From assembly GCA_964016885.1 (NCBI GenBank), contig OZ024750.1, forward strand, positions 40,362,001-40,426,000: a DNA stretch of 64,000 nucleotides, given 5' to 3'. The position numbers were made by a program, and so were the translations under genes. The notes under the pieces are model-generated. The model made no database searches. It was given only the letters and a program-made list of their open reading frames with translations, and was not told where the DNA came from. Origin of the DNA: Eledone cirrhosa. Its lineage: Eukaryota. Of the stretch, positions 56,208 to 64,000 are shown piece after piece (position 1 is the first letter of the stretch; each line of letters begins with the position of its first letter).

Positions 56208-56250
<43 letters not shown>

Positions 56251-56417
56251 ATATATATATATATATATGTGCGTATATATATATATGTGTGTATATATAT
56301 ATGTGTGTGTATATATATATATATATGTGTGTGTATATATATGTGTGTGTGTATATACATATATGTGTGTGTGTATATATATATATGTGTGTGTGTATAT
56401 ATATATATATATGTGTG

Positions 56418-56450
<33 letters not shown>

Positions 56451-57912
56451 ATATATATGTGTATATATATATATATATGTGTGTGTGTGTATATATATAT
56501 ATATATGTGTATATATATGTATATGTGTGTGTATATATATATGTGTGTGTATATATATATATGTGTGTGTGTGTATATATATATATATGTGTGTGTGTAT
56601 ATATATATATATATATGTGTATATATATATATATATGTATATGTGTGTGTATGTATGTGTATATATGGATAATATCACTTATTCTTTATCATTAATATTA
56701 ATATAAAACATATTTTTTTTAGAGAAGGGCCTCAAATTACCTTAGGGTCTCAGCCGGTGGATGTCCTACCCAGTAGGAGACGAACTGAACATTTGTGTAC
56801 CCAACAATTGGTATCGGGGTATCCCCATGTTGTCTGTCAAAACTGTTTATTTATTAGATCTTTCTCAACAGGCAACTAACAGGCGACACCCTCTGGCATT
56901 CAATGAGAGGGTAAAGTATGTCTGAGAGGAAACTTTATAGCTATCTATTTATTGTCATCAATTTAAACGTCCATATAGAGCTAGTAAGCCGTGACAGATT
57001 AGGGGAGGTATCTAGTATCCCTTTTAGTTAAGAAACATCTAGAAACAAGATAGAGAGATTTTAAAAAAGGGGGCAGAAAGAAAACAGGTGGCAAATGAAG
57101 CATAAAGAAGATTTTTTTTAAAGTGAAAAACAATGGCAGCTATGAAGCAGCTAGAAGTTTCTCTTGTTGAATCTTGACCTCCATGAATCGTGACCTCCAT
57201 GAACTCAAAGATCGTATTTATAGTTGGCAGATCTTAAACCAGACATGGGCAACCTTTTTCGAGAAGCGGGCCGCATGAGATATGGCTCATCATCAGGCGG
57301 GCCATAAGGTGACTTAGGCGAGCCATTCAGAAAGAGTCGTCGCATGACTGTCTTAGACAATGTATTCTATCTTCAATCTTGATAGTTTTTTTAATGATCA
57401 ACTTCAAGATGTCCACTATATCAAACTGATAGTTTCTACATTGGATCAGACAGTGTCAAAGAGTTCCTGGGAAGGAATATAGAGGTGATTCTCTGAGGCC
57501 TGTTCGTGGTAAAATATAGTTCAATAGTATCTGCCCGTTCGAAGTCAGCATAATCATTTTTATTAACATTGCTCAAAGTCTGATATATTTTTTGATTTTG
57601 TTTTCACAAGTTATTTACTATATTTACTATTCTAAAAACTGAAGATGTTTGTATAATTCATTTCCCCTCTACATTACTTCTACACATATAATATAGAAGT
57701 AAAGTAAAGACCCCTTTCGGTCACTAATGCCCATGGGATTTGTACCTAGAAAGTTCCCCTCCGAGGCACAACTCTGGTCATGGTTGTTTGAGGAAGACCA
57801 GCATACCAGTCTCCTCTCTCTCTACACTACTGATGTTGTCCAATGGAAAGGTAATTACCGATACCATCTCCTCTTCAGGTGTAAATACAGCAGATTTCTA
57901 GAGAGGTATAGA

Positions 57913-58023
<111 letters not shown>

Positions 58024-58789
58024 GAATTGAGAAAGAGATACAGAAGAATTGACCTCAGTATTAGACTGGTACTTTTTTTATCGACCTTGAATGGATTAAA
58101 AGCAAAGTTGGCCTCGGCTGAATTTGAACTCAGAGAGTCGAAACGAAAAACGCAAGACATTCTATCCAACGTTCTATCGACTCTACCATTTCGCTGCCCT
58201 ACACATTAAGTATATAGACATGTAAACCTGTTATATTTCCGTATTTTCCTGTAGAAAGGATGAGCAGCCTATTGCACATTACATATCAATGATGTAAGCA
58301 CATTTCAGGAGATCTCAATAAGGATCAATAATCGGTTAAGGGATTTTTTAAATATATTTTTTAAAGACTCGATCGACAAGATCCCAGATCTCATTTGCTT
58401 ACTGAGTGGGGTGGACCTCGTCATATCGGACCAAGGAAACAATGTTTCCATTGGTCCTTTCATTGCCGATACTATCTACTGGTCGTAACTCCTAGCAAAA
58501 AGACCAACGTGAAATAAAGTGTCTTGCTCAAGGACATACATAACACATCACCAGGTCCGAGAATTGAACTCGCAACCTCACCATTGCGAATCCAACTCTA
58601 TAACCACTAATCCATATATCCCTTCTTTACTTCTTTACAACAATTTGTTTAATTTAATATCTTATTAGTATTGTGGCGAGGGGGGGGGGGTATCCGTAAA
58701 AATATCGAGGTGTTTAGGGGTCGTGACGAAATAAACTTGGAAATCTTGGGTTCACAGTATACCCTGTATGTTTAGAGGCTTAATGTGAG

Positions 58790-59085
58790 ACAGTGTTTAC
58801 AGTGAACAGCAGTGGTGTAATAGATAAGGTAGTGTCTACAGTGAACAGCGGTGGTGTAATACATAAGGTAGTCTTTACAATGAACAACACTGGTATAATA
58901 CACACGGAAATGTTTATAGTGAACAACGGTGGTCTAATACATAAGGTAGTGCATACAGTGAACAACGGTCGTCTAATACATAAGGTAGTGTTTACAGTGA
59001 ACAGCGGTGGTGTAATAGATAAGGTAGTGTTTACAGTGAACAGCGGTGGTGTAATACATAAGATAGTGTTTGCAGTGAACAACGC
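58790..59085. repeat. 39 bp minisatellite
   Basis: Unit gtgtttacagtgaacagcggtggtgtaatacataaggta, about 7.5 copies. Confidence 0.92.
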
Positions 59086-59294
59086 TGTTATCACCCACAA
59101 ACATTGCACTTCAGAAGCAGTTCCTAGTCCTTGGCAGTGAGTCCTCAGTGATTACCAGTTTGACTTCAGTGGAGGTAGGTTTACCGAAAACGTTTTCTCT
59201 TATGTCACTTTGGTGAATGCAGTGTCATTACAATGAGGAGTAGGGGGTGTTTTGTATGTTAGTATGAATGAAGCCCTTAAATGTTTGTATAGGG

Positions 59295-59700
59295 CAGTGG
59301 TCCCCCAACCTTTTGTGCACCATGCCCCTCCACAACATCTAAAAAAATTGTTGTTTCCCCTTTTGACATGAAAACACCAATGATCAACTGCAAAGTGTAA
59401 ACAAATTGGTATATAAGTGGTGCCAAATGTACAATAACATGTGGTGGAGGAGGTGAGACAGGTGTTTCTGACAGTAATGTGTACCAAAGTTACCTTGGAG
59501 TAGGTGGTGCCAGATGTATAATAACATATGGAGGAGGTGAGACAGGAGTTTCTGACCATAATGTGTACCAAAGTTACCTTGGTGTAAAAGTAATAAAGTA
59601 AAACCTAAGTTTTGTTCTCGTTAACAACATTTTCAAATGGCCCTCTTAAATATTCAAATTGCGCTCCTGTGTGGTGTGCGCCCCACGTTGGGAATGACTG
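59295..59700. mobile_element. hAT-type MITE
   Basis: TIRs CAGTGGTCCCCAAC / GTTGGGAATGACTG; perfect 8 bp TSD GTATAGGG; internal ~84 bp duplication. Confidence 0.88.
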
Positions 59701-60499
59701 GTATAGGGTGATAGGTCGGGGAGGATTGTCCAGCAAATTTATCGTTGTTCTTAGTTAGTTTCCTTTATCATTAGTTTTAGAGTAGTTTTGTTGTGGGGTT
59801 AGAAGAGATCACAACACACGTGAAACCGATCGATATTTCACAATAGAAATCCCAAATATTACTGAGAGATTTATAAAGACCTTCATCAGTCACAAATAAC
59901 CATGGGTTTTGCACCTAGAAACTTCCTTTCTGAGGCACAAGCCCGGAAAAGGTGTTTGCAGTATTTGTTCTGACTCCTCTCTGAGTTCAAATCTCACCAA
60001 GGTCAGCTTTACCTTTCATCCTTTCAAGGGCGATAAAAATGTACCAGTCAAGTACTGGTCGATTGTACCACTATATTTTTTTCTCACTTCCTTCCTCTCA
60101 CTCTCTTTCCCCCATTCCTTTAAAGATGGTAAGGAGAGGGGTTCCACCAAATTTTTTTTAAATGCCCAAGAAACGCCGTATGAAACTATGACGCTGCTAC
60201 GAGTCCATCAGGAGTTACAGGTTCATACATACATAATAAATAGTTTACTTTTCATCTTTTCGAGGTTGATAAAAAAAAGTACCAGTTTAATACTGGCCGT
60301 TTCTTTCTCTGGGTGTCTTTCTAGCCTCTCTCTCACTTTCTACCCTTCTCTGGAAGACCCGGAGAGTGGATGGACTCTGCCAGGCTTAAAATACCCAAGA
60401 AATGTTGTATGCCACTACGGCACCCATACAACTCCATCAAGAGTTACAGGATAAAAGACAAAGACAATTGTTAGTTAACATTTATTTTATAAACGCAGT

Positions 60500-60700
60500 A
60501 TAGAATGTCTCAGGAAAGAATCGCTGGACAGATTTTACTGGCAAAACCGACCGGTAGGAGACCCAGGGGTAGACCCCGAGCAAGATGGTTGGATAACATC
60601 CATGAGCTTGGCTGGAGACGGTTGCTTCTGATAGGACCCACTGGAGGGAGTGTTTGGGGACTCTGCTCTCAGGAATAAGAGGGCGAAGAAGAAAAAGAAG
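60500..60700 (+). mobile_element. RTE-type LINE 3' fragment
   Basis: RMSQERIAGQILLAKPTGRRPRGRPRARWLDNIHELGW followed by a (GAA)n tail. Confidence 0.78.
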
Positions 60701-60810
60701 TAATTCCGAGTTTCAATGGCTTACAATACAATTCGAACCAAAGTTCAACATTTTTCAATGAGAAGTTTATCAATCAATTCATATTCAAATGAATGTAAAA
60801 AAAAACTGTC

Positions 60811-60820
60811 ATTTGCATAT
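60811..60820 (+). promoter_or_regulatory. Octamer (POU) motif ATTTGCAT(AT), 101 bp upstream of the tetraspanin ATG
   Basis: Perfect octamer; Inr-like TCAGT at ~60882. Confidence 0.45.
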
Positions 60821-60911
60821 CAATAGAACACGCTGTTAGTAATATACTTAAAAGACAAGTCTAAAACACCAACAGCTAAGTTTCAGTCAGGACATACAAA
60901 CAGCCAACGCA

Positions 60912-61649
60912 ATGTCAGTGTGCTCGTACTCCGCGAAATATTTACTAGTTCTGCTAAATGTATTCTTTGTGATCGTTTCGTTGGTACTTATTGCGGTCGG
61001 ATCTCTCATGCAGGTATCGTTTCATGTCTATGCTCAGGTGTTCCATCACAGTGTCAGTCTACCTGCTGTGCTAATAATTTCTCTCGGCGTCTTAATATTG
61101 ATGACTTCAATTTTTGGCCTAGTGATCGTCCTGAAAGAAAGATATATTCTGTTATCTGTGTATTCCTGCATACTTGTAGTTCTCGTTATTGCTGAAGTAT
61201 TAATTGGACTGGTCGGTGTTACCTTGAAGACATACGTACGTCAAATTGTCATCCATACTATGGAAATAGCCGAGAAGAAGTTTAACGAGAGCCTTTCTGC
61301 CGCTTACACCTGGAATACTATTCAGAACAACTTGCAGTGTTGCGGTATTTTGAGCTACAAGGAGTGGTATAAATTCTTAAACAAAACGGTACCAGATTCT
61401 TGCTGCATCACCTATGATTACAGCTGTGGTTCCGACGCTATTGAATTCAACAACGTTTACAAGAATGGTTGTGCTAAAGCTATGTTTCACTGGCTCTCTG
61501 AGCACCAGATTGTTATTGGTGGACTTTGTGCTGCTTTTGTCTTACTCAAGATCTTAGCGCTAATGTTAGCGCGCTGTTACGGCAAATATCTGGTGGAATT
61601 TACGACACAACCTAGCTTAACTCCATTCAGATCTTCCAGATGGAAATAG
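60912..61649 (+). CDS. Intronless tetraspanin, CD63-like, 245 aa
   Basis: AKYLLVLLNVFF TM1 with the conserved N; TM3 E; TWNTIQNNLQCCG...EW...VPDSCC...SCG...YKNGC. Confidence 0.95.
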   Translation: MSVCSYSAKYLLVLLNVFFVIVSLVLIAVGSLMQVSFHVYAQVFHHSVSLPAVLIISLGVLILMTSIFGLVIVLKERYILLSVYSCILVVLVIAEVLIGLVGVTLKTYVRQIVIHTMEIAEKKFNESLSAAYTWNTIQNNLQCCGILSYKEWYKFLNKTVPDSCCITYDYSCGSDAIEFNNVYKNGCAKAMFHWLSEHQIVIGGLCAAFVLLKILALMLARCYGKYLVEFTTQPSLTPFRSSRWK

Positions 61650-62357
61650 TGACCAACTTGTACCGATTTCAAACCTATATTTTTTCATGATTTATATTCA
61701 AATTTGACGCCATGCTATGTTGTCTTGAAAATAAGACCTGCTTTTGGCTTTTACAGAACCCTTGCCATATAATTACATACACTTTCTACACGAGCAATTT
61801 GAACTAAATTTTCAAAAATATAATCTAAATAGTGACATTTTTCTATTATAACTTGTTCTCGAATTATGGTGTACTAAAGCGTGTATAATATATATATTAT
61901 ATATCTATCTATCTATATATCTATATATCTATATATCTATATATCTATATATCTATATATCTATATATATAGATATATAGATATATAGATATAGATATAT
62001 ATATATATATATATCTATATATATATATATAAGTACCAGAGATCTACATGAAACGCATCGTAATATAAAATGGCTGAAAAACTTGTTCGTTACGATTTAC
62101 TGAACATTGTTTCCGATAGGTTTTGTTTTTTCACTTTACAGAAAAAAAATTAGCTTTACTAACGAGACTAAATATACTTTATACGATATAGTTACAAATG
62201 ATTCAAAGAAACTTTATATTACTAAATTGTTTAATGTCCCCTATCGTCCTATTCACGCTTTTTTTTCTTCTTTAAAACGTCTGTATTACACTCCAACCAG
62301 ACACGCGAAAACTGATGTATTCAAGGGTTCGTGTCGTGTTGTGGTAGGGAAATTTAC

Positions 62358-62389
<32 letters not shown>

Positions 62390-64000
62390 CCTCTCTCTTA
62401 CTCTAGAAACTAATCTCCATGTTATCCGTTTCACATAGAAATTTTCATCGATTCTGATAGAATCGGGTTTGTACTGAACGAAAGATCTTATAAAAGGACA
62501 TCAGATAGTTTCCAGAACATGTCTCGTACATTTATATAATCCTAATTGGTCTTATTTTTAACATATTTCATAGTAATAACTCTAAAGTGATATAAACACA
62601 GCGATATGTCCTTTATACAAGCAACTGTTTCACATTTGAAATGTTTTGTTCCGATCCTGACTTACAACTATAAATATAACCAGTTAACTAAATATATAAT
62701 GCATATATTCCTCCACCAAGTCTTCATGTCTTGCGCTCATTAGTTTATGAACTAATTAATGTAATGATAGACAGCATCTTTGACTTCTCGTTAAAGCTGG
62801 AAAGTACTCCCTCCTCTATAACGTAAGTTTCTGGAGTCCAGATGAGTATCTTAATGGAGTACTGCTGCCATTATTTCATGGCGGTGTAATACAATTACCC
62901 ATGTTCCATGGGTTGGTCCCTCTCGGGAATTGTCTATTCTTTACTATGTCCTCTTATCACGTCAATCCTCTCTGGAATTCCCTCCCTGCATATTTCTTTG
63001 ACTTGCAATTGTTTTAGGGGAAACGTTAATGGTATCAATCTCATTGGCATGGAACAGATTTCAGCCCAAACTAATAGCGACTTGCATAACTGAAGGGTAA
63101 TTTAGAGGAAGAGACCACTTAACCCTATATATTTACCATATTGTCACTGTAAAGGTTTCATCTCACATAATATCGAATCTTCAGACCTCAATGTTTAAAA
63201 GAATAGGAATTATCATTCTCACGCTCTCTCAAAACAAACTATTGCATATTTTCTGTGCAACCCTACTATAGCGCGTTCATAGTTCCCCACAATAATTCTA
63301 GAGAAACTTTCTTTAATATAAAATGTAGATCTCAACCCTACCCCAACACACAAATCTACCAATTGTTTGAGACAACCAAACATTCCCCTACTTCATTATT
63401 TTTTTTTTCACTGTTTCGTCTCCATTGAGGTTCGTGCAAATATCACGTGACTACTGTTACCTAGACTTGTTTGTATAAATATTGGTGTAGGATTAGTTAG
63501 TTTTGTGGCTTGGAGACAATATTTGAAATGTCATACAGTGCTAGGTGTCTCGTCGTTTTCTGTCTGAATGTCTGTACTCTCTCTCTCGCTCTGTGTGCGC
63601 GCGCCCCGTACACCACAAATATGTCTATCGAAAGTTATATCAAAATGTCAGTAAATGTGGAGACCCGATACATGACCCCCCCCCCCCCCACACACACACA
63701 CACCTCCCTTCATACCTAGTTTCCACATAGGTGCAAGAAATTAATTTAAAGTTCACTTAAATTGCTATATGACCGAACTGAAATAAAATTACAGGAATTC
63801 ACTTTTTGTGGGGGGTGGGGTCTGGGACGGGGTGAGTTAAACCGAAATGGTTCTTCATTAGTTTTATATTCCACACTACTGGGCTGGAATCCCCCCCCCC
63901 TCCCTCGGGAGTTGGAATATCTATTTCAACGCGTCTCCCTTACCACCCTCCGTGGTAACGCTATCTCCGTTATGTCCGCTTGGAATCGCGCTACTTTTTT

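Noticed and set aside
58780-59140. 13-aa repeat ORFs on both strands; superficially CRISPR-like periodicity
   Set aside because: Contiguous 39 bp tandem repeat with no unique spacers, in a eukaryotic context with no cas genes.

Overview
AT-rich, microsatellite-dense eukaryotic DNA. It is probably a mollusc or cephalopod (octopus-like), inferred only from the repeat style. Host genes: five single-exon tetraspanins (CCG...PxSCC...CG...C) spread over 24-62 kb. Two of them sit head-to-head in a ~10 kb inverted duplication whose promoters are nearly identical while the proteins differ at ~15% of sites. Mobile DNA: one intact Penelope-like retroelement (RT + GIY-YIG) with hammerhead-bearing pseudo-LTRs; about ten minimal type I hammerhead ribozymes in small repeats, several palindromic, lodged in (TA)n tracts; two non-autonomous Helitrons; a young but defective Gypsy element with identical LTRs; RTE-LINE 3' fragments; tRNA-SINE families; hAT-type MITEs; and a 5S rRNA-derived copy. 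Coordinates and difference counts were read by eye and repeat boundaries are approximate.
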